From contig JAEUPW010000003.1 of assembly GCA_016790045.1 (NCBI GenBank), positions 3,451 through 67,450 on the forward strand: a stretch of DNA of 64,000 bases, given 5' to 3'. Origin of the DNA: Candidatus Competibacteraceae bacterium (lineage in GTDB: Bacteria; Pseudomonadota; Gammaproteobacteria; Competibacterales; Competibacteraceae). The notes below the pieces were generated by a model. The model searched no databases. It saw nothing but the letters and a program-made list of their open reading frames with translations, and was not told the origin of the DNA. Made by a program: the position numbers and the translations under genes. This document shows, one piece after another, positions 40,688 through 50,072 of this stretch; positions within the stretch are counted from its first letter, which is position 1; every line of letters starts with the position of its first letter.

Positions 40688-42802
40688 ATGCCAATAACAA
40701 TAAATCGCTGGGTCTTGACCCTCATCTGTCTTCCTCTGGTTGGCCAGGCGCAAGATAAAACAGAAGAAACGCGCCTCGACGAAATATCTGTCACCGCCAC
40801 GCGCGAGGAACGCGCCAGCGGCGACGTGCCGCAAGCCATCGCCGTGGTCGGCAAAGCCGAGTTGCGCGAAAAAAAGCTGTTCAACGTCAAGGAAGCGCTA
40901 CAGGAGATTCCCGGCGTTTTCGTGGACAGCAAAAACGGCGGTTTTGACGCCCGCCTGATCATTCGCGGCGCGGGCTTGAAAGCGAATTACGGCATCCGCG
41001 AGATCATGGTGTTGCGCGATGGCGTGCCGCTGACCGACCCCGACAGTTTCAGCCGCCTGGATTTTGTGGACACTCAGGACATCGAGCGCATCGAGGTGGC
41101 CAAGGGACCGGGCAACCTGTTCGCCGCCGGCAGCAGCGGCGGCGCGATCCAGATTTTCTCGAAATCGGTGTTCGACGAGAGCGCCAACAACCTCAAGCTG
41201 GGTTTGGGCGCGGAAGGCACCCAGAACTATCACCTGCGCTACGGCAAGACCTTTGAAAATCAGGCGGTGGCGCTGACGGCCACCCATCGCCGGATGGACA
41301 ACGACTGGCGCATCTGGAACCAGTTCGACACTACCCAAATCTCTCTGAAACATGGCCTGCTGTTCGGCGACGGCAGTTTGGAAAGCGAAATTTCCTACGC
41401 CGAAGCCAACATGCAGCTCCCCGGCGCGCTGGATAAAACGCTTTATGATCGGTTCGTCGCCAGCGGCGAGCAGACCGCCACGTCCGAGGCGTGGAAGCAT
41501 TCCGGTCGTTATTCCAAGGTGTTGTTCCTGAATAGCAAATACGAAATCGAGCGCGGCGATTTCGCCTTTAAGCCCCGGATTTACTACAACACCTGGTATC
41601 ACGACCACCCGGTGACCGGCCTGATTAACGAGAGCGAGGACTGGGTCTGGAATCTGGGAGCCGACCTGGAAGGCCACTGGCAACATCCCGGCGGCAGCTT
41701 GGTGGGCGGTGTCACCGTCCGCCAGGAAAGAACGCCCGACGCCCGCAAATACCAGTATGGTCAGGTCAAAACCACGACCAGCGGCGGAGCGTGCGTCGAT
41801 TCGGCCACGGCCACCGGCCGCATTCTGGCCACCTGTTCCGACAGCAAGGGCCGGCTGGCGGAAATCGACGACGCCACCAATCTGCTCACCGGCGTTTATT
41901 TGCAAGAATCGTGGCGACCGCTGGAGCGCTGGATCGTCGATATCGGAATGCGCTATGACGTGATCGACTTCACGGACGATAACCGGCAGTTGTGGAAATA
42001 CGACTACGCCGCCGGCAAATACATCCCCGGCGAAGGCGTGACCCATTCGGAAAAAACCTACCGCCTGCCCGCGCCCAAGCTGGCGGTGCTTTACCAGTTG
42101 ACCGACACGCTCAATCTGTTCGGCATGATCGCCCAGGCCGGACAGGTTCCTTCGCAAAGCGAATTTTCCAACAACCCGGAGCTGGAAGCGCCGGTTTCCC
42201 GCAACCACGAAATCGGCCTGAAGGGACGCGGCAAGGATTGGCGGCTGGATGCCAGCCTCTATCTGAACAACGTCAAGAAAGAAATCGTCACCGTCAACAC
42301 CGGCGGCATCAACGACTTCGTCAATGCCGGGGAAACCGAGCGCAAGGGCCTGGAACTATCCGGCAGCGTCAATCTCCCCGAAGGCTTCGAGGTCGGCGGC
42401 TACTACGGCTACGCCGATTACACCTACAAGAGTTTCAGCGAACCGGTCGCAGGGGCGAATGTGGACCGGGCGGGCAACGCGGTGCCGTTCGTGCCGAAGA
42501 ACCAGTACGGCCTATTCCTCGGGTGGTCGTCGCCCGCCGGCTGGAAGGCGCGCCTGTCCTCCAACACCTGGGGAGAATATTGGCTGGATAACGCCAACAC
42601 CGAAAAATACGAAGGCTGGGACTGGGTGACCAATTTCTCTCTGAGCTACGCCCGCCACGGACACTCAATCACCTTCAACGCCGACAATATGTTCGACAAG
42701 CACTATGCGATGGAGGTCAAGAAAGACACCGCCGGCAAGGTCACGTACGCCGCCGCCGCGCCGCGCACCGTGATGTTGACCTACCGCTACGATTTCAAGT
42801 GA
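40688..42802 (+). CDS. TonB-dependent outer membrane receptor
   Basis: Signal peptide, TonB box DEISVTATR, plug LQEIPGV...IIRG...IERIEVAKGP, beta-barrel-type C-terminus PRTVMLTYRYDFK. Confidence 0.93.
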   Translation: MPITINRWVLTLICLPLVGQAQDKTEETRLDEISVTATREERASGDVPQAIAVVGKAELREKKLFNVKEALQEIPGVFVDSKNGGFDARLIIRGAGLKANYGIREIMVLRDGVPLTDPDSFSRLDFVDTQDIERIEVAKGPGNLFAAGSSGGAIQIFSKSVFDESANNLKLGLGAEGTQNYHLRYGKTFENQAVALTATHRRMDNDWRIWNQFDTTQISLKHGLLFGDGSLESEISYAEANMQLPGALDKTLYDRFVASGEQTATSEAWKHSGRYSKVLFLNSKYEIERGDFAFKPRIYYNTWYHDHPVTGLINESEDWVWNLGADLEGHWQHPGGSLVGGVTVRQERTPDARKYQYGQVKTTTSGGACVDSATATGRILATCSDSKGRLAEIDDATNLLTGVYLQESWRPLERWIVDIGMRYDVIDFTDDNRQLWKYDYAAGKYIPGEGVTHSEKTYRLPAPKLAVLYQLTDTLNLFGMIAQAGQVPSQSEFSNNPELEAPVSRNHEIGLKGRGKDWRLDASLYLNNVKKEIVTVNTGGINDFVNAGETERKGLELSGSVNLPEGFEVGGYYGYADYTYKSFSEPVAGANVDRAGNAVPFVPKNQYGLFLGWSSPAGWKARLSSNTWGEYWLDNANTEKYEGWDWVTNFSLSYARHGHSITFNADNMFDKHYAMEVKKDTAGKVTYAAAAPRTVMLTYRYDFK

Positions 42803-43701
42803 GATCGGCCATGCGCGCGCTCGCCTTGGCCTTATGGTGTGTATGGGTTTCGGCTGCTCTCGCGGCCGACGGCGGCCATGCCGGACACGGGCAGGCCGGA
42901 TCGGGACACGAGGGGCACGGGCCAGGGCTATCTGCCGCTTGGACCGACCTGCCCCTGATCGAAGCGGTTCCGGGCCGCGACCGCTCCTCCGCGACGTTTC
43001 ACCTGAGTCAGCTCTCGGCGGGCGAGGTTAAAGCATACGCTCCGGGCGACCAAGCGCCACTGCCGGAAGGGGTGCGCTTCAAGGCCGACCGCCTGGAATG
43101 GGAGATTCCGGTGCGGAACGGTCGCTTTCGTCTGGAATCGACCGGCGTCGGCAACTACCACTGGCTGCAAGCCCGCGAGGAAACGCCGGAAAGCGTCAAG
43201 GTCGCCAGCACGGCGCATTTCTTTTCCAACCCCGGCCCGGCACCGACCGCGATGCTGGCGCGCCCCAAAACCGAACTGGAGATCGTGCCAACGCCGCTAC
43301 CGCGCGAGCACAACCGGTATCGCGCTGGCGAGGAATGGGATTTTGCCTTGCGCTTTCGCGGCCAACCGCTCGCCGGCGCGACCTTGCAGTGGATCAGCGA
43401 TGCCGGGACGCGAGCAAGCTTCACCAGCGACGCGGCCGGCCAGGCCAGAGTCCGCTTTCCCGCCGATGTGCGGCCCGCCGCCGGCCAGCGCGCGCAACAC
43501 GGCCGGGGCGCGGCCAACCGCTTTGTGCTGGCGGTGGAACACACCGTCGATGGCCGCCGCTACCTCACCGCGTTCAACGGGAGCTATGCCGAAAACGCCT
43601 TTGCCCGGAGAAGTTTGCTCTGGGGAAGCGGCTTTCTGGTGGTGGGCGGCCTGCTCGGACTGCCGCTGATCGTGCGCCGCAAGGAAACCCGTCATGCCTG
43701 A
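42799..43701 (+). CDS. Exported His-rich protein with DUF4198-like domain and C-terminal membrane anchor
   Basis: Signal peptide, then GHAGHGQAGSGHEGHG. LEIVP...FRGQPLAGA...TSDAAGQA resembles DUF4198. C-terminal TM plus basic tail. Start GTG 42799 or ATG 42811. Confidence 0.7.
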   Translation: MRSAMRALALALWCVWVSAALAADGGHAGHGQAGSGHEGHGPGLSAAWTDLPLIEAVPGRDRSSATFHLSQLSAGEVKAYAPGDQAPLPEGVRFKADRLEWEIPVRNGRFRLESTGVGNYHWLQAREETPESVKVASTAHFFSNPGPAPTAMLARPKTELEIVPTPLPREHNRYRAGEEWDFALRFRGQPLAGATLQWISDAGTRASFTSDAAGQARVRFPADVRPAAGQRAQHGRGAANRFVLAVEHTVDGRRYLTAFNGSYAENAFARRSLLWGSGFLVVGGLLGLPLIVRRKETRHA

Positions 43702-44746
43702 AACCGCTCCGCCACCCGTGTTGACCGTAAGCCGCCTGCGCCTGAGCGTGCAACTGCTGATGCTGGTTTTGACCGTCTGGGGCGGCGCGCTGGTCGGCCA
43801 CTACGCCGCCGAAAAAATCTCCCAAGCGTTGCCGGCCCTCTCGTGCGCTTACGACCGCGCCAACGGCGCGTATTGCGTGCTGATCCCGCTGCAACATCAG
43901 ATGCACCACCGGATCGGTGAAATGATCCAGCAGACCGGTCATTTCGCGTTGAGTTTCTTGTTGCCGGTGGTCTTTACGCTGCTCGCCTTTTATGCGTTTT
44001 ATTTCTTTATCGGCAAGGCGTTCTGCGGCTGGGTGTGCCCGCTGGGCACGGTGCAGGAATGGCTTTACCGCCTGGGCCGCGTGTTGCGCCGCCCCTTTCA
44101 TCTCTTATCCGAGCGAGCGGCAAAACGGTTGCGTCCGCTGAAATGGCTGCTGTTGCTGGCGCTGGTCCTGGGTCTGCCGCTGGCGGCCGGCCTGGGCTTG
44201 ACACCGCACGCCACCGGCGATGTGTTTTGCCAGGTGTGCCCATCCCGTCTGGCGACCACGCTGCTGACCGGCGACACCGAACAGGCCGCGATCCGCACCG
44301 GCGGCGTTCTGGATTTTGCCTTCGGCGCGCTGGCCAACACCATGTTCGGCTTTGTGCTGATCGCCGGCTTGGCCGTGCGCCAGCCCTTCTGTCGCATCTG
44401 CCCGCTGCTGGCGCTGAACGCCGCGTTCCAGCGCCTGTCGCCTTTGCGCCTCGTCAAGCAACCGCACGAGCAATGCGCCAAGTGCGGCATCTGCACCAAG
44501 GCTTGCCCGATGGATATTCCCGAAATCTGGCATGAGTCGGGGCAAAAAGCGTTTGCCGAGGACTGCACCCTGTGTGGCCGCTGCGCCGAATATTGCCCGG
44601 ACGATGCGGTGATCCAAATCAAATTCGGCCCGGTGCGGCTGTTCGGCTCGTCGCGCGCGTACTACAAGGCGCGGATCAAAGGCGAAAGCCCGCAAGGCGA
44701 ACTCAAAACGGTGCGCTGGTTCCCCCGCCGGATTCCCCATGCTTGA
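43694..44746 (+). CDS. Membrane 4Fe-4S polyferredoxin (NapH/MauN/CcoG/NosR-like)
   Basis: About 4 TM helices, CX3CP motif CGWVCP, additional FCQVCP and FCRICP, two ferredoxin motifs CAKCGICTKACP and CTLCGRCAEYCP. Confidence 0.88.
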   Translation: MPETAPPPVLTVSRLRLSVQLLMLVLTVWGGALVGHYAAEKISQALPALSCAYDRANGAYCVLIPLQHQMHHRIGEMIQQTGHFALSFLLPVVFTLLAFYAFYFFIGKAFCGWVCPLGTVQEWLYRLGRVLRRPFHLLSERAAKRLRPLKWLLLLALVLGLPLAAGLGLTPHATGDVFCQVCPSRLATTLLTGDTEQAAIRTGGVLDFAFGALANTMFGFVLIAGLAVRQPFCRICPLLALNAAFQRLSPLRLVKQPHEQCAKCGICTKACPMDIPEIWHESGQKAFAEDCTLCGRCAEYCPDDAVIQIKFGPVRLFGSSRAYYKARIKGESPQGELKTVRWFPRRIPHA

Positions 44747-45365
44747 ATCGGCTCACTTGCTTTCGGCCTGGTTGCTCGGTTTGTCGTTGGGGCTGACCGC
44801 CTGCACGGCCACCTGCCTGCCGTTCATGGGAACCTGGGTGCTGGCGCGCGAGCGCGGCGCGGTGCTGGCCGATACCGGCCTGTTTCTGGTCGGTCGGGTC
44901 AGCGCCTACACGCTGCTCGGCTTGATCGCCGCCTTGAGCAGCGCGCGGTTGATCGCCGTTTTGCAAAATGGCGTCGGTCATCTGGCCATCGGCGCGGCGG
45001 CGATTGGGGCCGGCTCGTGGCTGTTGCTGGCGGAACAGCGACCGCGCGCCTGCGCCACGTCGCACAGTGCGGGAGCGCCGCCGTTCGCTTTGGGCTTCGC
45101 GCTGAGCCTGACGCCCTGCGCGCCCCTGGCGTCTCTGCTGGCTTTCGCGGCCCAATCCGATTCCGGCTGGTTCGGCGCGTTGCAGGGTCTGGCGTTTGGT
45201 CTGGGCGCGGCGGTCACGCCTTTACTGCTGTTGCTGCCGCTGCTGTCCGCGTTGGGCGCGCGGCTGCGGGCGGAACAGCGCTGGCTGGGTTTGTGGTTGC
45301 GGCGCGGCGTGGCGCTGAGCCTGTTCGTGCTGGGCATGTATCGGTTCTGGCTGGGAACGATATGA
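44739..45365 (+). CDS. DsbD_2/CcdA-like Cys-containing membrane protein (often annotated TauE/SafE)
   Basis: About 6 TM helices, GLTACTATCLP in TM1, GRVSAYTLLG, LTPCAPL in TM4, AFGLG. Confidence 0.75.
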   Translation: MLESAHLLSAWLLGLSLGLTACTATCLPFMGTWVLARERGAVLADTGLFLVGRVSAYTLLGLIAALSSARLIAVLQNGVGHLAIGAAAIGAGSWLLLAEQRPRACATSHSAGAPPFALGFALSLTPCAPLASLLAFAAQSDSGWFGALQGLAFGLGAAVTPLLLLLPLLSALGARLRAEQRWLGLWLRRGVALSLFVLGMYRFWLGTI

Positions 45366-45784
45366 ACAATTTAAAAGAGCTGGTCGAATACGGCGTGCTG
45401 GGTTTGCTGCTGGCGCTGTCGGTGTGGGCGGTCGCCATTGGCGTTGCCCGGTTCTGGCACTACCGGCGGATCGACGTTTCAGCCTGGGGCAAGCGAGCGG
45501 AATTGGAAGCCGATCTCACCGCCGGATTGACCACCGTGGCCACCGTGGCGGCCAACGCGCCTTACATTGGCCTGCTGGGCACCGTGCTAGGGATCATGCT
45601 GACCTTTCAAACCCTGGGCCTGACCGGCGACATCGACGTGAAAACCATCATGACCGGACTGGCGCTGGCGCTGAAAGCCACCGCCGCCGGTCTGCTGGTG
45701 GCGATTCCCTGCGTGGCGCTGAACAATGCGCTGCGCCGCCGGGTCAAGCTGTTGCTGGCGCGCTGGGACGCTCACCATGGATGA
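45362..45784 (+). CDS. exbB: Short (140 aa) ExbB/MotA-TolQ family energiser
   Basis: ANAPYIGLLGTVLGIMLTF, LALALKATAAGLLVAIP. Confidence 0.9.
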   Translation: MNNLKELVEYGVLGLLLALSVWAVAIGVARFWHYRRIDVSAWGKRAELEADLTAGLTTVATVAANAPYIGLLGTVLGIMLTFQTLGLTGDIDVKTIMTGLALALKATAAGLLVAIPCVALNNALRRRVKLLLARWDAHHG

Positions 45785-46145
45785 GGAAATCGCCTCCATC
45801 AACGTGATTCCGCTGGTGGACATCATGCTGGTGCTGCTCACCATCGTCTTGACCACCGCCACCTTCATCGTCACCGGCCATATTCCGGTCGATCTGGCGC
45901 GAGCGCAACACGCCGCGCCGAGCCAGCCCAGCCCAACGGTGCTGACGCTCACTTTGCAACGCGCGGTTTATCTCGACGACCGGCCGGTCGCCGATCTGCC
46001 GGCCGCTCTAGCCGACCTTTCGCGCGCGACCCCGGTGGTGGTGCGCGCCGATGGTGGACTGGCTTTGCGCGATTTCATCGATCTGGTGGAACGGATCAAG
46101 GCGTTGGGCTTCGCCCAGGTGAGCCTGGAAGTCAAACGGACATGA
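45777..46145 (+). CDS. exbD: ExbD
   Basis: INVIPLVDIMLVLL with the conserved Asp, VRADG. Confidence 0.9.
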   Translation: MDEEIASINVIPLVDIMLVLLTIVLTTATFIVTGHIPVDLARAQHAAPSQPSPTVLTLTLQRAVYLDDRPVADLPAALADLSRATPVVVRADGGLALRDFIDLVERIKALGFAQVSLEVKRT

Positions 46146-47044
46146 ACTGGCGGGCCTGGGCGGCTTCCCTGGTCCTGCATTCCGCGGTCGTGGCTCTGCT
46201 GGTCGGTTTTGCCGGCGCCGATCCATCCCTTCGTCGGCCCGAACGCTGGCAAGTGCAACTGGCGTTCGCCGCGCCGCCGGAACCTCCGCCGGCACCGCCG
46301 TCACCGTCGGTTCCCGCGCCGCACCCCCCCGTGCACTCCCCGGTTCCGACGCCCCTGGCGAGCGCAGTGACGCCAAGCCCGACCGTTGCCACCCAGCGCC
46401 CCAAGCTGTCGCCGGCTCCCACCGTCCAGCCACTGCCCCGAACGAAGCGCGATTCGCTGTCGCAACCCCGACAACCGCCGCGACCAGCGGTTGAAAAACC
46501 GGTATCGGCCCCGCGCAAACCGTCCCCGTTGCCGCCCACTGTCGCCCTCAAAGCAGCGCCCCGACCATCGAAACAACCGGCGACGTCTTCTGCCGCGTTG
46601 TCGCGACCGATAGGGCAGGAAGTGCTTGATTCTTCCCGGCCTGGGCTTAGAGAAACAAGGCAGTCTCCACCAGAACACCGGACGGCGGTCGGCCACCCCG
46701 CAGCGCGACCCACCACCCGCGATCACCCGCCGCCCGCCAGGTCCAGCCCGGAATCTGGGGCGGCGAACTGGAACGCCGCCCTGCGCGCCAAGCTGCGGGA
46801 AATGCGGGTTTACCCGCCCATCGCGCGCCGTTTGGGCCAGGAAGGCATCGTGACGCTGCTGCTGGAGATCGGCGCAAACGGCGATTTGCGCGGGTTGGCG
46901 GTCCGGCAAAGTTCCGGGCATGCGGTACTGGATCAGGCCGCCCAGCAACTGGCCCGCAACGCGGTTTCCGCGCTGCGCGGCCAACTGTCGCCACCCGGCG
47001 AGAGCAGGCTGGAAATCCCCGTCGCGTATCGGCTGGATCGCTGA
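46142..47044 (+). CDS. tonB: TonB energy transducer
   Basis: TM with SLVLH, long Pro-rich linker, C-domain YPPIARRLGQEGIV...SSGHAVLDQAA. Confidence 0.9.
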   Translation: MNWRAWAASLVLHSAVVALLVGFAGADPSLRRPERWQVQLAFAAPPEPPPAPPSPSVPAPHPPVHSPVPTPLASAVTPSPTVATQRPKLSPAPTVQPLPRTKRDSLSQPRQPPRPAVEKPVSAPRKPSPLPPTVALKAAPRPSKQPATSSAALSRPIGQEVLDSSRPGLRETRQSPPEHRTAVGHPAARPTTRDHPPPARSSPESGAANWNAALRAKLREMRVYPPIARRLGQEGIVTLLLEIGANGDLRGLAVRQSSGHAVLDQAAQQLARNAVSALRGQLSPPGESRLEIPVAYRLDR

Positions 47045-47189
47045 TTGGAATATGCGGTGCAGGTTTCCAGCTACTCCGGCTTAGCCGTTCACCTTGGCGC
47101 TGGATCGTAATGGAAGCGAAACGACCGGACGCGAGCGCCTGTTTTGGACACTCCCGCCGTGGCCGCTTGCGCAAACCCTTGATGGACCG

Positions 47190-47609
47190 TCACCAGCTCA
47201 TCGTCTTGGTGTCATCCTTGAACAAAGCCCCTCCGGTCAATTCCGGTTTGCCGACCAGAATGCCGGGCAGCAGGTCGGCCGTTTCGATGCCATAGTGTTT
47301 CATGCACATCAGACAGGCGATGACGGTGGCGCCTTTCCCCATCAGCTCGCCCAAAACCTTCTGGTGTTGGCCATATTTCGCCGCATGGGCCTTCGCGCCC
47401 ACGAAAACCCCTTTGTCGTTGAGGAAGATCGTCAGCGGATGGCCTCGCTCCATCTGGGCTTTTCCAAAACTGATGGCCATGTTGGCGCGGTGGGCTTCGT
47501 CGGTGGTCATGTTCACAAACAGCGGATCGCGCTCTCCGGCGAACACGTGCTCGGACGCCACACCAGCCCACAGCACCAGAGCAGCCAGCAATGTTGTTAA
47601 GGCTTTCAT
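47190..47609 (-). CDS. Exported DsrE-family protein with CxxC
   Basis: AGGAG RBS, signal peptide, LTIFLNDKGV, GATVIACLMCMKHYG. Confidence 0.8.
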   Translation of the reverse strand: MKALTTLLAALVLWAGVASEHVFAGERDPLFVNMTTDEAHRANMAISFGKAQMERGHPLTIFLNDKGVFVGAKAHAAKYGQHQKVLGELMGKGATVIACLMCMKHYGIETADLLPGILVGKPELTGGALFKDDTKTMSW

Positions 47610-47980
47610 GGGTTTCTCCTAAGTCAAATCGACAACAACGCAAGGTATCTGGAGCACCTGCAACCGGGCCGAAAAACGATCAGGGGCAGTTTTTATGTTC
47701 TCGAATCAGTCGGTCGCTTGATCCGCTTTCAGCCGCGAGGCCATGAAACCCATGCCACCCGCGCCGCCATGCCTCGAATCCGCCGCCGGCATGGCCCAAG
47801 GACAGATGATTTCAATGTCCTGCAACCGGTAGCCACGACCGCTGGCGAGCAGCGAAAAATCCGTCGATAGCGATGCGGTGAACCCGCAGGAAAACCGCTG
47901 CAAACGCACCACCAAACTTCTGGGACCACGCGGTAGGCTCAATGCTTGCTCATGCTAAATCACGGAGATTAGAGCGAGAA

Positions 47981-47997
47981 TGCGACAAATTGTCGCA
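47981..47997. promoter_or_regulatory. Putative RegA box 2 (perfect palindrome)
   Basis: TGCGACAA-A-TTGTCGCA. On the minus strand TAGCAT (47957-47952) follows after 23 nt, pointing toward the dsrE-like gene. Confidence 0.75.
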
Positions 47998-48051
47998 CTC
48001 CCGAAACCCCGAAAGTCGCTACAATCTAACGAGAATCGCCGAATGGAGGCT

Positions 48052-48651
48052 TCAAAGAGCGCAACCCGCTCGCGCCAGTTCGGCATAGGTGACCGGCTGT
48101 CGCGACGGATCGATGTTTAAGCCTAGCCGCAAGCCGATGTGCGATAACGAGAAAATACCGCGCACCGCGCGCTCTTCCGGCTCCGCACCGCCATCGAGCA
48201 CCAGCGCGTGCTGGCGGTCGACTTGCCGCAACGTCGCGATGATATCGCCCACTCGCGCCCGCGAGATGTCCTCCATCAGCAGCACATCCAGTTTCGGCCT
48301 GAGCGTCATGACATCGGCAGCCACCAAATCTTCCCAAGCGCCGCCGGATTTGGTCAGAATCCGTTCGGGTTTGCCGTCGCAAAGATCGCGGCTGGTCAGC
48401 AGACCAACAATTTTACCGTCGGGTTCGCAAACCAACAGGAGACGTACCTTTTGCTCGATCATGAGAGCCAGAACGCCATTTAATGGAGTCGACCGCCCGA
48501 CGGTGCAAGCGGGGACCCGGTTCAAATCGGTCATGACGGTCACGGCGGGATCGTCGAGGGTAACGCGTCGGGACGATAGGCGCTGGAGACAAAAAAATCG
48601 GATATCTCTTTCCAACGGATGCAACGGCAGCGGTCGGTAAGCGCGCTTCAT
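48052..48651 (-). CDS. CBS-domain protein
   Basis: GGAG RBS before ATG 48651. PAVTVMTD, VRLLLV...IVGLLTSRDL, ADVMT, RGIFS form a CBS pair. Confidence 0.85.
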   Translation of the reverse strand: MKRAYRPLPLHPLERDIRFFCLQRLSSRRVTLDDPAVTVMTDLNRVPACTVGRSTPLNGVLALMIEQKVRLLLVCEPDGKIVGLLTSRDLCDGKPERILTKSGGAWEDLVAADVMTLRPKLDVLLMEDISRARVGDIIATLRQVDRQHALVLDGGAEPEERAVRGIFSLSHIGLRLGLNIDPSRQPVTYAELARAGCAL

Positions 48652-48739
48652 CGGAAATCTCCAGGAACAGAACCCTATTGTGGCCAGCCGTTCGGCGGGT
48701 GATCTCACGAATCTTACGGGATGGCCACCTGGCCCGGAA

Positions 48740-48756
48740 TGCGGCATATCGCCGCG
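48740..48756. promoter_or_regulatory. Putative RegA box 3 between the CBS gene and regB
   Basis: TGCGGCATATCGCCGCG. Minus-strand TAAGAT (48716-48711) lies 23 nt away. Plus-strand TATACT (48777-48782) points toward regB. Confidence 0.6.
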
Positions 48757-48836
48757 CCTGCGAGCCGGACAAACCCTATACTTGGCCGTTTAAAACCCCC
48801 TCCATCAATCAGAAATTGAATCGGAAACCCCTGTCG

Positions 48837-50072
48837 ATGGACGATTTGCGACGCTTGCTGTTGCTGCGCCTGTTGGTGGTTTTGGGACCGGCCATCATGC
48901 TGCTTTGGTTGCGTTTCGGCTTGACGCCGCCGCAACCGCTCCCCTTGTGGGCGATTGCATTGTTTCTGGCGCTGATCGCCTCAGGCTCTATCGGGTTGTA
49001 CTGGCGGGTTCGATCACCGGTTTCGATCACCCCCTGGGAACTGTTTGGCTACTTGCAGCTCGATGTGCTGGCGCTGGCCGGGCTGTTGTATTTCGGAGGC
49101 GGGGCCAGCAACCCGTTCGTTTCTTTGCTGTTGCTGCCGCTGCTGATCGCCGCCGCTTTGTTGCCGGCCGTTTGCGTCTGGATAATGGCGGGCATGACGG
49201 TCGCGGTTTACACGGGCTTGATGTTCTATTACCTGCCGCTGCCGGGGATGCTGAGCGGGCACGGCCCCGGCTTTCACGCCCACTTGTGGGGCATGTGGCT
49301 GGTGTTCGTGATCAGCGCCTTACTGGTGGCGGGCTTCGTGGCCCGGCTGGCGGCGGCGCTGCGCCGGCGGGACCGCGAGGTGGCCCGGCTGCGCGAGAAA
49401 GCCTTGCGCGACGAACAAATTTTAACCTTGGGGATGTTCGCGGCCGGCGCGGCGCACGAGTTGGGCACGCCCTTGTCCACCATCGCGGTGCTGGCCAAAG
49501 AGCTGGAACACGAATACGGTGCGGAGGCTTCGCTGCGCGCCGACTTGCGGACGCTGCGCGGGCAAGTGGATGCGTGCAAGGCCATCCTCGGCGACCTGCT
49601 GCGCGCCGCCGACTTGAGCGCCGACCGCGAGTCGATGCAACCGCTGGATCAGTTGTTGGAGCGCACCCGCAACCGCTGGCAACTGCTTCGCCCGCAGGTG
49701 CCGCTGCGGGTCCATTGCGCCGGATCTCCGCCGCCGCCGACCGTTCCTTCGCCGCAGACCGTCGGCCAAACCTTGATCAGCCTGCTCAACAACGCCGCCG
49801 ACGCTTGCCCGCAGGGCGTCGATCTGGCGGGGCGCTGGGACGCGCGGCGGGTGATTATCGAAATCCGCGACCGGGGTCCTGGGCTGTCGCCGGAACTGGC
49901 CCAACAGGCGGGAAAGGGATTTTTCACCACCAAAGAAGGCGGCTCCGGCATCGGCTTGCTGCTGGCCAACGCCACGCTGGAGCGGCTGGGCGGGCAAGTC
50001 ACCCTGTCGCGCGACCCGCGAGGAGGAACCTGCACCCGCATCGATTTGCCCGCCCGGCTCCAAGCCGCATGA
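48837..50072 (+). CDS. regB: RegB/PrrB-type redox sensor histidine kinase
   Basis: About 6 TM helices, quinone-sensing GGASNPF motif, H-box AAHELGTPL, downstream conserved Cys (QVDACKAIL), LLNNAADA, DRGPG, GIGL. Confidence 0.9.
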   Translation: MDDLRRLLLLRLLVVLGPAIMLLWLRFGLTPPQPLPLWAIALFLALIASGSIGLYWRVRSPVSITPWELFGYLQLDVLALAGLLYFGGGASNPFVSLLLLPLLIAAALLPAVCVWIMAGMTVAVYTGLMFYYLPLPGMLSGHGPGFHAHLWGMWLVFVISALLVAGFVARLAAALRRRDREVARLREKALRDEQILTLGMFAAGAAHELGTPLSTIAVLAKELEHEYGAEASLRADLRTLRGQVDACKAILGDLLRAADLSADRESMQPLDQLLERTRNRWQLLRPQVPLRVHCAGSPPPPTVPSPQTVGQTLISLLNNAADACPQGVDLAGRWDARRVIIEIRDRGPGLSPELAQQAGKGFFTTKEGGSGIGLLLANATLERLGGQVTLSRDPRGGTCTRIDLPARLQAA

